Source: Thalia democratica (lineage: Eukaryota). From it: a stretch of DNA of 64,000 bases. The DNA lies in the NCBI GenBank assembly GCA_965202585.1, contig OZ241833.1:52886001-52950000 (forward strand), written 5' to 3'. Below, piece by piece: positions 23,441-37,362 of this stretch (positions are counted from its first letter, which is position 1; every line of letters starts with the position of its first letter). The position numbers and the translations under genes were made by a program. Below the pieces are notes generated by a model, which saw only the letters and a list, made by a program, of their open reading frames with translations, was not told the origin of the DNA and did no database searches.

Positions 23441-26400
23441 GTTAGTTTAACCAGTTTTTGTTACGTAGTTATAAGTTTTCTAAAGGTTTACTACATTTTA
23501 CAGCAACTATTCGACCACACAATAAAACTCAAAAAAATATCACATACTTTACTTCCGTTAAAATATTTACTAACAACTTAATAGTTTTCTTATTAGGTTG
23601 TACTTACTTAGTCATAAAAACTTGCTTTTTTTTTTCTAATTTTTACATTAGAAATGCAGTATAATGTTTTTAAATATTTTTAGCTAAAGTTTTAGAAATG
23701 ATTAACAAGTCGGAGAAATTTACTAATTTTTTACTTTTTAATACTGGATGAATAATTTTTTAGATATAGAAAAATTAAATAAACAAAAACATCTAGAAAA
23801 AAAAAACGTAATTCGTAGATAGCGTTTAATTTTGTAAAAGTGTAGCATTTTTTTGATAGGAATATTTAACAAGCCGATATGCGTGGGTGAGTTTGCCCAT
23901 CGAAAGATTTGAAGAGTTTTTAAAACTCATATTTCCCGAGCTTGATGGCGACCCAATTGAAAACGATGAATTTCAAGTTGTTCGTATGTTCGCTGTATCC
24001 CATGTCAACATTCTGCAATTTGGTTAGTTTTTAATTTGTAGTTTTTATTTTAGTTTACATTTTTCAGCATACTTTTCTACATTAGCTTATTAACTTTTTT
24101 CCTTTATTATACAACAAAAGTATCAAATCTTATAGGAGCCTAATAAACATTTGATTTTACTTAAAATATAACTTCATTTGTTAAATAATTGTTTTTATTA
24201 AAGACGGTATAGTTTAAAAATAATACAAACTAATTAGTTAAAAAAAAGTTCAAAGTTTTTTGAATGCTTCATTTTAGTAAAGCAACTTGAAAATTAAAGT
24301 ATAAATAAAATTACAATAGTTTTTAGGTTTTAAAACCATACGTATTATTAGTAGATACAGAACAACTACAAAAAAAGAAATTGAAATTTATTGAAAAATC
24401 AACTAAGTATATCATTGGTTGTCATGAAAAAATTGGAACTGTTGATGGTTAGTAATTTTGTTCAATTTTGTTTCGTTAAATTTTCTTGAAAAGTCTATTT
24501 TTATGTTTAATTCGATAAGTTTTTTAATTTTGTTTTATTAATCTTCTTAGTAACTTCAAAATAGACATAGTTTTTAAAAACCCTCTACACAAAACCTTTT
24601 AGTAAATAGATTTTAGAATGGTTAAAAACTATAGTATTTAAGGTTAACTGGTAAAACGTTTTTAGAATAATTAAAATTTTCTAAAGTTTTAATATTTATA
24701 CATCGTCAAAGTATTTATCATACAACATTCTACTTAAACTTGTTTGTATATTTGATACAGAGTTTCTCTAACGAGTTTAAATAAAACATTTTTTTTTCTG
24801 CTTTAGCAGACTTACTTTCTTCGTTTGAAGTTTTAATTATGTTGTAATAAATTTCATATATAATTATTAATACTATACTTACTTTCTTTGTTACTTTTAA
24901 CAGCTATTTTAGGAATAAACAAAGTTCGACTTTAGCACGCAACCAATAATATATTATATATATACAGGTATCTGTCATTCACATGTAATCAGAAATGATT
25001 TCAATGAAATTACTAATTCGATAATAATAAATCAATTGAAAGAAAATCTTCAAAATCACAAGCTTGATATTTGGACCGGCCATCACCAAATTACTAGTGA
25101 TTTAACATTTATCAAGAAATTTGTGAGTCAAATAGATAGGTTGGAAGTGGATTCTCCAGATTTAAATTCAAACGACATGGAAGAAATAAAAAACAAATTA
25201 TCAAGCTCAAATATTAAAGTTCGTTCTGTTGCTTAAGTATTAATTTTCCAAATTGTATTATATTATTTGACAGTGAAAAAAAACTAATTAAAAGTGTTGA
25301 AAAAAATTGTGTCAAATTCTTCTATAGTCAACTTCTGTTGACTTTAATTTACAAATAGTAAAAACTACAATTTCGTATAAACTTTTAAAAATGTAAAAGT
25401 AATATTTATAAAATTCGATTATTTATGATAAAAACAGTCTCTTCAATTTTTAAAAGGTACACTGTTATAGATAATGAAACTAATTTCTAAGTTATAAAAA
25501 TTACTGAATATTTATTGAAAGGATAATATTTAAAATCTAGTTATTAATAAAAGATGAACATAAGTTTAGCTGTTGAATTTATTTTAAACAAAAACATCTA
25601 AAGTTTCATATATCGAACAAACTTTATGAAAATAAAGTTAAAATCGATTGCAAGTTGATTTTATGAGTTTTATGTAAATGAATACAATAAAAATTTATAT
25701 TTTAAACTAACAGGTTGAATTATTTCATATGCGTTTTTATGATGTAAAGAAATACGATGAAGAATTACTTACAAGTTTCTTTGATGTCACAATTAAAATC
25801 GAAATTGGGAAATTTAGTTTTGTTATTGATGAGTCGCTTAGTAATGATGATGCGGAAATCATTTGTGCAAAAAGTTATGAAAAAGTCAGAAGCTTAAAAA
25901 CACAAAACATGATTTCTAGTAATGTTAGTTATTTTACCTAACTTTAATGACTTAAGTAATAACATTTGTTTTAGAATCTTGAAGCGTTTTTAATATAAGC
26001 TTTTTGTTTAAAATTTATTAAAACTACAGGTTACAATTGAAGTAAAAGCTTGGATACATAAATGGAATTTAATACTTGAAGCAAAACTAATTAAAGGACA
26101 ACCAACAATATTTAATAATCGGTTTGTTAATTATTTTTTTGAGTTTTTGTTTAATTTATTATTTGTTACAACGAATATAACTGAATTAATACTATTAAAA
26201 ACTTTATTAAGAAAGTTTTAATTCAAAAAAATAGGTTGGAAGTGAATTCTGAAGATTTAAATTCAAATGAATTCTACAACTTAAATTAATTAATACTATT
26301 TGAAGTTTTATCAACAAACTTTTAATTAAAACAAATAGGTTGAAAGTGGATGCTTATGATGTTTTGAATTCATACAGTGTGTTAGAAATAACAGAGTTCT

Positions 26401-27849
26401 TAGATTATTTAAATATTGAGGTTCGTTTTGCAGAAGGTTACACCCATTTTCAAGCGTTTTAAAGTTTAATTTTGATAAAAACATTTTCTTCCACTTCCTA
26501 AAATACTCATCCTTAATAAACAATCATTGAACGGATAATATTTAAAATTTATTTTATAGTTTGAAAATTGAATTTATGACTTTATTACGAACAATAATTT
26601 TTATTCTATTTAAAATTTCTTATATTATTAAACAGGTTGAATTGTTGTCTTTAGATGATTTAAAAGAATACGATGAAGAATTAGTTAAAAATTTGTTTAT
26701 TGTCACAAATAAAATCGAAATTAGAAAAATTCGTATCCACTTGTATTGGTTGCTTAGTAACGAAGATGTGAAAAATATTTGTGCAAAAATTGAAGATAAA
26801 ATTAGAAGCTTTGAAACACAAAATATAATTTCTAATGAAGTTAGTTGTTTTATTTAATTTTTATAAATAAACTATTAAAATTTGTTTGTGAATAAAAAGA
26901 ACTTAAAAAAAAATCATATTATAAATCGAAACTTAGAAACATAAAATGTAGTTCTAATAGTTTTTGTTGTTGTATTTAACTTTTATTACTTAAACAAAAA
27001 ATTTGAACATAAGTCACTCAATTTAAAAGGTTTATTAGTTAATTTCGTTTAGCGCCTCCTCAGAATAATCTTTTCAAACTGATAACACTATAGTGTAAAA
27101 CAATAGTTTTGAAATGTCTAGCTAAAAATTGTTACGTCATAAAGTATAAAAGTCTTTTAAAAAGGTTTAAATTAGAATTGAGTTATACTTAGTCGGTTTG
27201 AGGTAATTTATAAGACAAAATTGTTAAAACAAAAACATTTAAGATTGTAGAAATATTTTTTACCTTAAACTAAAAAAAAGCACATTATAAAACACAACAA
27301 AAAACGACAACAATAATACTAAAATCACGCTATTTATAAAGTTTTAAGTTGTAAAAATTTTTGGCTCGCGCGTTCTAATTAACAAAAATTATAGAACTGA
27401 GAAATGGTAGGTTTTTCTATCTCTCTGGATAGAATTTTGAACCATCTATTCAGGTAGGTTCTCAGCACAAACAGGTTTGTTGAGGAAGTGCTGATGAATA
27501 GATAACTGTTCACCTTTAGGCTTCACGTCGTCATTAAAAATAAACATTTTTAGCTTTTTCCTTTTAAAAATGAGTGACTTATGTTTAAATGTTTTAGTTA
27601 AGACTAGTACCAAAACCAAACTTTTATGAATTAAGTATTAATATCTGATTGTGAAACTTCCAATTTTTAGTATAAGTTTAATGTACTTTTTGTTTAAAAT
27701 TTATCTTATAACAGATCACAATTAAAGTGGAAGCTTATATACAAGAAGTATGGAAAACAATACTTGAAGCAAAATTAACAAAAGGACAACCAACATTATT
27801 TACTAATCGGTTTGTTAATATTATTTTTAATATTACAGTTAGTTGAACA

Positions 27850-30800
27850 CTTACATAAGTTTTATTAATAAATTTTCATAATTTATTTACATTATATTGT
27901 TTTCATTATTTACTAATCGGTTTTATAATTATTAATTAAACTCAACTTTATTTATATTAAATCAAAAAAAAAAACAACTAGTTTTTAAAAAACTCTCATA
28001 TCTTCAACATTAGATGTAAATAAATGGGTGTATAAAGGATTTCCTAAACTGCTTGGCAGAATATTTCCTTTTTCAGAAACTGAAAAATACCACCCTCACT
28101 CATTACAAACCGCGGAATATCTATTGTTATTGTCTAAAATATCTAATGTTTCCCCTTATTCCTTTTACTAGTCACGCCCCTCCCCTTTAATTTCTCAAGA
28201 TATGTAACTTTTACTTTTATTTTAACAAGATGTGTAATGTATTAAATTTAGTGTTTATGAACTAAATTTTTACTTAAAAACCCGGTGGACTTTACTTTTA
28301 TTGTTTTTGTGTAATCGCTGCAAACAAATACAGTTAACTTCAAAAATTATTATCAACTAATTTAGTTAATTATTGTGTCCAAATTAAATAAAAAAATAGA
28401 AACCTTGTTCACTAAAAACTTGTTCTGATTTAGCAAATTATTTTTTCAATCTAAATATCATTATTTATTGTCATATAATTTAAACAGGAAATATAAAGAT
28501 TTGGAAATTCAACAAGCAAACGCCAGTACAAAATATCGCAAATGTATTATTCAATGAAAACTTTCCAATAACTTCTGAACAAGTTGTAAAATAATTCGCT
28601 AACATTTTAACGTTCTTTCAAAACTACTTTTAAATTAAGTTATTGAGCTTTATTTATAATTAACAACACAATTTTTTGCTTTAATTAATATTTCTTTAGA
28701 ATAGAACAAAAAAGTTGTAAAATTATAATGTTAAAGTTTAATGTTATAAAAAATCTATTAAGCTAGTTCTAGTATCTACATTTCTACTACGTGATGCAAC
28801 TTGTACATACAAAAACAATTATTACTTTATATTTATATTAACTAAAACGGTATCTATGACAACTTTGATTGTTGTAAATTTGTATTAACTTTTATACTTT
28901 ACCTTATTTAGATAATATTACAATTTTGTTCTTTTGTCTTACTAAAACTTACATAAATCCGTTTAAACAAAAAAAAATTAAACAGTTTAATCTTAGTTTG
29001 TTTTTTCACGTGTTTTTATCGTTTCATATACAGTTTCCTACAGATTTTTAAACTAAAATAAACTTTTATCAATTTTTTGTATGTAGACTTCGCTTTTAGT
29101 TCTTTGATTTTGAATTTTTGATATTGAAATCAAATGTTTAATTTTAAGCACCTAAACTTCAACTTGTAATAGAAAATTTACAATTTACTTACAGCAAAAA
29201 AGAAAGTTAATGCCAAATTAAATATTTATTGACTTATTGTTACAATTATTACTGTAGTGTGTCAAAACAAATAAACAAACTTTTTTTAATTTTTCTATAC
29301 AAGCATATACACTTTTTAAAAATACTTTGAAGTCTTGTAAGACTTTTTCGCTCTTCCATTAATATGTAGAATCTTTTATTTTTTAATGAGGTTAAAATAG
29401 TTTTTTTCTTAGTTTTTATTTTAAATTTTGTTATATTTAAAGTTTAATCAATGAAATAATTGAAATTATTTTGTATGCTCAGTTTTGATATATATTTTTT
29501 ATTAATTTTAAATGTAAATATCAACACAAGTATAAACTTTTTTAAACTATTTCAATTTTAAAACGGTATGTACAAATTAAAGATTTACTTAAGTACTATA
29601 TGTTCTCTAAACAATTAAATTAAAATAACGACTTGAAGCTTTGTATTGTTACTATTTTCATTCTAGTTCTTAATAAAATTTAATTTAAAAATTTTTAACA
29701 TTTGGAGTAACATTTTTCTAGAAGTTAAAAACTTGCTTTAACAGTTAAAAAACATAAATGTTGTTTTGAATAAGTTTTTGGTGAAATGGGTTAATATATC
29801 TAAAACTATAGATTTTAACTACAATTTTAAGATAATCCTAACTTTTTAAGACAATTGTTAATATAAGTAAGAGAATGGTTGTTTTGAATTCTTAGTACTC
29901 AGTCGTTTACTCTAGTCTAGTGTATACTTTAATTTGTTAAAAAAATTTTGAATTTTAAAAGTGGGTTTTAGTTTTCATTTCAGGGAATTTATGTTTTATT
30001 ATAAGCTCTTCTTACATCTTAATGTTTTTAAAAGCTCAGCAAAACACCCAGTAATACTTTTTTGTTTTCATCACAGTTTAAATTTATTCACTTTGTTATT
30101 TTTAAACTTTTAAAGTGTAACTTAAAGTATAATGTTTGAAAATAAAAGTTAGATCTTCAAATATAGCTATAACTATTTGAAATCTAGTTTGTTTAAACAA
30201 ACTATTGTTAAGTTTTGAAGAGTGAAAAAAACCTAATAAGTTACATAAATAATTAAGCATAAAAAAATTTGAAACCCAATTAAAAAATATATACTTTCTA
30301 ATCAAACGCATTCAAATCAATACTTTAAGCTTGTATTTAAAATTACAAAAAGTCTACAGTTTCGGAAAAGAAGTTTAAAATACAACTGTAAAATTTCCTT
30401 TCAAAAGTAGAAAGTTTAATTTTAAATCAATAAAACTCACATAATCTGTTTTTTTAGTGTAGGTAGGTACTAAAATTAAATGTAAAGTTTTAAAAAAAAT
30501 AAACTAGGTCATAAAATACTTAAAGCAAATTTCTGTAAATAACTTAATTTAAAATTATAGTCTAGTTAACATTATAAAATATTTAAACTAACTTTAAATA
30601 TATAAAAACAAATATTTCATTTTTAAATCTCATCGTTTTTATTTTTAAAACTACTTTTTAAATAGGGGTGTGCAAATTAAATATTTTATTTACGACCCGG
30701 TTTCGGTGACAAAAAATTGCGACCTCTTCATGTAAAATAAAATAGTAAACTACACTTAATAATGTTGATTATTTATAATGTAATTAAAAAATTTATTCAT

Positions 30801-33800
30801 TCGTTAACAATCTAAACAAAAACTAGAATGTTACACATTCGAAAATTCAAGCTTGTCAGAGTATAATAAGGTAAAATTGGTCCTATTTTTAAAACAAATT
30901 GAAACTAATTACTATTTAACTTAAAGCTTAATAACAAACTTAAAGCTTATACATTTTTTTAAAGCTTAAAGGTATTTATACCTTGAAATTAATCTAAATA
31001 GAATTAAAAAACTATCTAAAACTATATTTTTAAGCAAAACATTAACAAAACTCAAAGTCACTGAAAACTTCTAAATCTAATTTGTATCAAATTAATGTAA
31101 AAGTCAAAATTTAAACGGATTTAAGAACTATCTAAAAAAAGTTCAAAATATTCATTTAAGTTGAATTAAGAACTATCTAAAAATTTTAATTCAAACCAAA
31201 TGTCAACAAAAACTCAATGGAATAGTCAAAAAATCTATTTTGTACTAGTATTATAATCTGATTTAAGTTTTGTCTACTTTCCAGTTTATTAATATAATTT
31301 TGTTTCTGTGTCTGCATGAGTTCATTAATTCCGTTCTTTTGTTGATGTAATTTGTTCTAGACTCAAGTTTTAATAAAACTTTTTTTAAGCAAAACCAGCA
31401 TGTCATTGTTCCTGGTTTAGATTTTTTCTAAATTAGTATTTTCTAACTAATTTTGTAGCTCTTTTTTTCTTTTTTTAACTTGTAGGTTAGTTTGAAAGTT
31501 CCGTTGCTTATTTGTACTGGAGGTAGTTTTTTTTGTTCGGTGTTCTTTTTATTGTTGTACTGTGTGTTTATATACGTATTTAAGCTGATTGGCAATTAGT
31601 CCAATGTATGTTTTTGACGAATTGTCTGTTTTTATTGTTGCATGGTAAGTTAAATTTTCTGCCCTACATTCTCCTTTTTCCAGGGCGCATGTTTGTTTCT
31701 TTCTGCAGTTGCCTGATTCATCTTTGTTTTCTTTATTGTTGTGGATTTTTTTTGTTCGTCATGCAGCTGTAGCTTAATTTTATATTGTTTTTGTTGAAAT
31801 ATTTTCTAACTTACTGTTTTCTCCTAAGTGTTTGTTTATTATTTTACCTATGTTTGTTAGAAACTTTTTACCTATGTTTGTATTTTACAGATTTGCAATA
31901 TTGGGGATTGAACCATATAATTTTTCTTTTTCTATTTCTTTTTTTGTTTTTGCATTCTTCTGTATAGTTAATTTCATAATTGTATCTGTTTATCTTTAAA
32001 GCATCATTATAGTTCTTTTCAACCTACTGAACCATACATTCTTCCCATACAGCAAAGACAACAACAAAATAAGTTACATAAATTCAAAATCAAACCATCC
32101 ACCAACCATACTTAAACAAATCCCAAAAATGGTAGAGACCAGACTTTCTAATAGTTCAAGTAATAAAAACCTGTTCAACAACATAAATACTTTACTTGCT
32201 TAACTATTGCGGGTTCGTACCTTTACGTGGGTTCGTACCTTTTTAAGTTCCTTCTTTGTGCAAACAAGTGACCCTCATTTAAATGTGCCCCCTCGTGAAA
32301 AAGCGACTCGTTCCCTAATTACCATAGTATTTTATTAGTTAAATATTTCTTCTTATGTAGGGCTGATAGTTCGTTCGTTATTAATTTTTTCTTACGTGTA
32401 AGGTGTTCTTACTAATAAACTTTCTAATTATTAAGTAATATTGTCATTAAAATGTTTTCATCAGCAGTTTCGAACAAAACTTTTTTATCAAAAACCAAAA
32501 GTTCTATTTACAAAAAAATTTAAATGAGCTGATAAGGTTATATGACTGTATATTTTAGTAAAAAAATATTTTTACATATTGTTCATAATTTGTTTTAATT
32601 TATTCTAAATCATATAAGTTATTTCTTTTAATTTCAAAATTACTTTCAATTGCTAAATAGTTTCGGTTATTATTTTTTTTTTATATTTTTCTGTTCAAGT
32701 CCTTTTGTGACCAAAAAAAAATTGCTTATAATCAATAAATTTTGTAAAAGTTGTGAATAGTAATTATTAGATAAATGTTTTAAACATGACATGTTTACTT
32801 TAATAATTATTCAAGTAAAACTAATAAAGAAGCTTAAAACATAAAATTACTCAATATTACTTCAAACATAGCAAAAAACAACCTACAATTTTAAAAAGTT
32901 ATATTTATTACATTACTTTCTAACAATACTTTTTATCAGCGCTATTATTTTCAAAAATAAAAGTTTAACTTATTATTAAAAAAAGTTAGTTAAATGTAGT
33001 AGAATACTTTAAAATAGGTTAGTAAACCATACAATTAAAAATAAATTCATAAACCTATTAGATTGGTCACCGAATACAAAAAAAGTTTTGTAAACGATCG
33101 CAAATTTGCTTATTAAAAGAGTTAAACGATGAAATCAGTCACGCAGAACGAATTCGGTTTTGCAGCAACAGTTTGTTATTGGATTTTTTTTAAAGTAATT
33201 AAAAAATTTTTAGCTAGCTTTAAATCGATGTGTAGTAAAATAAACTTAATCAAATTATTAATATAGTTTTAAACGTATTTATATATTTAAACAACAAATT
33301 TAATGTAAAATTTTATTAGCCCTGTCTAAGGGTTAAAACTGCAGCCCGCAAAACAAAATTATGCGGCCCACGAGGACTTTGTTAGGTAAAACCATACGTT
33401 TTTTAATCAATAAAAAAGGTTTTGAGATAAAAACTTCCAATAAAGCGTTTAATAATTACTACTTAACTTAAGAAACTTAAAGTTAAAAATTAAATAGAGC
33501 AATCACTTTATAACAACTGCGACCCGCAGAAGTCTTTCAAACTATTCATCAGCGAACATTATTCTCTAGAAAATTTTGCCTGCGACTTTTAAGAGTTATG
33601 TCCTTCAAGTGCGTATGAAATGAGATTAAAACAGTTTGTTCTGTCATATCATTTTAGCTAACAACCTCTATTGGTTTTCTCAAAAGTTTCTATATTATCT
33701 CAGTTAAGTCACACAAAATTAATTTTTTTTGTACAAACATTTTATAAATACTTTAGGTAAGTATTTTATTCGTTAAACCATTTAATTTGATAATAAATTT

Positions 33801-34200
33801 GATAAGCTTTATACTGTAAATTTACATTTATACAAACATTCTAGCTATCAAGGCTTTACAATTCTCATCTTAAATAAAAAAAAATCAATTAAACTTGAAG
33901 AAGTTTGTTAAACTTATTCTAAACTACACTGTATCATCCTTTTTTTTAAGTTTTTTTTTGAAAAGTATTAGTATGAAACACTGATACTATTCAAAACCAT
34001 ATTAATACTTTTCAAATAAAAAATACACTAGTCTGCTTAACTCATTTAAAAGAAGAAAAAAATGTTTTATAGCAAAGATAAAATTAAAAGTAATACTTTC
34101 TTTGATTATCTAATGTTCGAAAAGTAACAAAAAAAAATGTATTTTTTGTTTCTTAAACTTTAATCTTTACATTAAGTGTAGTTCTTAATTTCTAAACTTT
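27850..34200 (+). repeat. Direct segmental duplication, copy B (3' flank of gene 1)
   Basis: Collinear with 850-7210, including the Penelope fragment and one 1.4 kb unit. Confidence 0.95.
31263..32191 (-). mobile_element. Duplicated copy of the Penelope-like fragment with inverted 5' segment
   Basis: Same structure as 4241-5175. The + segment reads FNLLNHTFFPYSKDNNKISYINSKSNHPPTILKQIPKMVETRLSNSSSNKNLFNN; junction at ~32014. Confidence 0.85.
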
Positions 34201-35644
34201 TAAATCCCTTAAATCGAAACTAAAGCCCACTTTTAAAATTTAACGTTCTTTTTTAACAAATTAAAATATCCGCTAAAGTGTGTCGCTGAGCACTAAGAAT
34301 TCAAAATAACCAACATCTTACTTGTCTTATATCAACAATTGTCTTAAAATTAACGATTATCTTAAAATTGCAGTAAAAATCTATATTTTAAGATATATTA
34401 ACCCATTTCACCAAAAACTTATTTAAAACAACATTTAAGTATATTAATACTTAAAGCAAGTTTTTTAACTTCTAGAAAAATTAACACTTTTTACTACAAA
34501 TGTTCAGAATTTTTAAAATAAAACTTTATTAAGAACTGAAATGAAAATAGTAAAAATACAAAGTTTCAAGTCGTTATCTTAATTTGATTGTTTAAAGAAC
34601 ATATAGTACTTAAGTAAATCTTTTCAAAATTGACATAGTTTAAAAAAGTCCATACTTGAGTTGATATTTACATTTAAATTTTAAGAATGAAAATTTATCA
34701 AAACTAAGTATGCATAAAACATTCAACTATTTTTGATTAAACTTTAAACAAAATAGAAATAATAACAAAAAAAAGTTTATCATTTTTACAAAACAAAATA
34801 ATTTTCACATTAAAGGAAGAGCATAAAAGTTTTACAAAACTTCAAAGTGTTTTTTAAAAAGTATATATGTATGTATAAAAAAATTAAAAAAGGTAATTCG
34901 ATTATTTTTGACACACTGCAATACTATTTGTTACAATAAGTTATTCAACATTTTATTTAGTATAAACTGTTTTTTTGCTGTAAGTAAATTATAAATTTTC
35001 ATTTACTAGTTGAAAATTAGGTGCTTAAAAATAAACATTTCAAAATCAATGCAATATCAAAAGTACAAAAACAAAGAACTGAAAACGAAATTTTAATATT
35101 AAAAATAAATAAAATTTGCAGAAGACTATGTATGAAGTAACAATTACAAAACAGGCAAAAATGCAAACTAAGTTATAAAGTGTTTCAATTTTTTTATACG
35201 GGTTTATGAAGTTTTAGTATTTTAATCGAACAAAATCGTAATATTGTCTAAATAAAGCAAAGTTTGAAAGTTAATACACCGTTAAAACAATTAAAGTTAT
35301 CATAGTTACTATTTTATGTAATATAAATGAGAAAAATAACTCTACATTTAGAGTTATATAGTTTGTATATATTGTAACACGTATAATAAATTAAAATATT
35401 GAAACTATCTCAAAAGTTTTATTAAGACCTTTAACGTTATAACTTTACAACTTTTTCGCTCTTTAATAAAAAATTAGTTGCAACAAAAATTTGTTATAGT
35501 ATATTATAGATAAAGCTCAATAACTTAACTCGAAAAGAGTTTTAAAAAACATCAAAACAACAGCGAATTCTCTTACAACTTGTTCAGCAGTTATTAAAAA
35601 TTTTTCATTGAATAATACATTTGCGATATTTTGTACTGGCGTTT

Positions 35645-36151
35645 GCTTGTTGATTTATTTGTAGATTTGTTTGTAGATTTTCTTGTTGATTTAATTGTTG
35701 AATTGCTTGTAGATTTGCTTGTTGATTTAATTGTTGAATTGCTTGTAGATTTGCTTGTTGATTTAATTGTTGAATTGCTTGTAGATTTGCTTGTTGATTT
35801 AATTGTTGAATTGCTTGTAGATTTGCTTGTTGATTTAATTGTTGAATTGCTTGTAGATTTGCTTGTTGATTTAATTGTTGAACTGCTTGTAGATTTGCTT
35901 GTTGATTTAATTGTTGAGTTGCTTGTAGATTTGCTTGTTGATTTAATTGTAGATTTGTTTGTAGATTTGCTTGTTGATTTAATTGTTGAATTGCTTGTAG
36001 ATTTGCTTGTTGATTTAATTGTTGAATTGCTTGTAGATTTGCTTGTTGATTTAATTGTTGAATTGCTTGTAGATTTGCTTGTTGATTTAATTGTTGAATT
36101 GCTTGTAGATTTGCTTGTTGATTTAATTGTAGATTTGTTTGTAGATTTGCT
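35645..36151. repeat. 36-bp minisatellite (GCTTGTAGATTTGCTTGTTGATTTAATTGTTGAATT, three 12-bp sub-units), ~14 copies
   Basis: Directly visible, highly homogeneous tandem array. Confidence 0.97.
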
Positions 36152-36467
36152 AAATCTTCATATCTCCTGTTTTAATTATATGACATTAATAATTTATATA
36201 TACATTAAAACTATTACCTTCTACGTTTGAACAAATTTTTAGTGAAACAATGTTTTAACTGTGTGTTTTAATTCGGATAGAACAATAAATTAAGCTGATG
36301 GATGATTATTTTTGAAGCTAGATGTTTTCGTTAGCAACAATCAAAGAAAAACAATGAAATTAATTTACCGAGTTATCGTCTAAAAATTTAATTCACAAAC
36401 TAACATATCAATAATCTTGTTGTCTAAAACTAGGGTTTTCTAAAGGGTATACTAGCTTGCATTAGAT

Positions 36468-36924
36468 CAGGGTTTCCCAAACCTTTTTTTTTCAAACGGC
36501 CCCCTTTAAAGACACTAAAAAAGCTATGTCCCGCTTAAACAAGATTACTCAAAAACTACCATGAAAAACACCAAATACCATTTTTTTAGTATCTAGCGTA
36601 AGTTTCAAAACTACCATAATAACACTAAAGACCATTTTTTCAGTACCTAGTGTAAGTTTCAAAACTACCATAAAAACACCAAAGACCATTTTTTAGTATC
36701 TAGTGTAAGTTTCAAAACTTCCATAAAAAACACCCAAGGCCTTTTTTTTTCTCTTCGTCAACAGCTCAAGAATATCTAGTGTAAGTTTTAAATTGTGACT
36801 TTGTGGCACCCCGGTTGCTCCTTTACTGCTCATGGCCTCCCATTTGGCCCCTTTGCTGCTTATGGCCCCTCGAGTATCTGTGCTGGCCTCCAAGGGGCCA
36901 CATAGCCCTTTTTAGAAAACCCTG
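36468..36924. mobile_element. hAT-like MITE with internal ~60-bp tandem repeats
   Basis: Termini CAGGGTTTCCCAA / TTAGAAAACCCTG, a subterminal CGGCCCC/GGGCC motif and an imperfect 8-bp TSD CATTAGAT / CATAGATA. It contains 3-4 copies of CTACCAT..AAACACCAAAGACCATTTTTT..AGTATCTAGTGTAAGTTTCAAAA. Confidence 0.65.
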
Positions 36925-37362
36925 CATAGATACTGTGGGGTTCGAAATGAAGAAAAAAAAAGTGTAAGTCATAATTCTTGAGAAATGTTACACTAGCAAT
37001 AGATATTCTGGGGTTTGTAATAAAGAGCAAAAAGACCTTAGGAACTATTAATGGGATATTTGAAACGTAAATAGATATTCTGGGGTTTGTGTGGGCAATT
37101 ATTTTTCAGTTTCTGAAAAGAGAATATTCTGCCAAGCAGTTTAGGAAATCCTTTATACACTTATTTTTTCATGTTTACATTTAATAATAAAGATGTAGTA
37201 GCCTTTTGATAGCTAGTTATTCTTTGTATTATTTTATTTTATTATACGGAAGTTGAGTATGACAAAAAAAAACCGATTAGTAAATAATGAAAACATTGTG
37301 AAACAAACTAGTTATGAATAGTAGTTAATATAACTTGTGTAAGTGTAAAACAAAATGAAAAC

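Larger units (their letters stand above)
19657..27846 (+). pseudogene. NLR-like gene 1 (CARD-like, NACHT, X-Y-Z-X-Y LRR-like modules) with one in-frame TGA at 22787-22789; 947 aa if read through, 321 aa if terminated
   Basis: Exons 19657-19818, 19887-20049, 20401-20445, 21769-22015, 22441-23440, 23860-24022, 24355-24447, 24968-25218, 25714-25923, 26030-26121, 26339-26420, 26636-26839, 27715-27846. All are AG/GT with matching phases and are 1:1 with gene 2. Walker A GPAGAGKTT, Walker B IVLDGLDQ, ILTSRP, PLFL. The paralogous codon in gene 2 is AGA (Arg). Confidence 0.8.

Noticed and set aside
35631-36230. 199-aa Leu/Val/Asp ORF resembling an LRR or membrane protein
   Set aside because: It is an artefact of a stop-free 36-bp minisatellite that is absent from the two paralogous loci.
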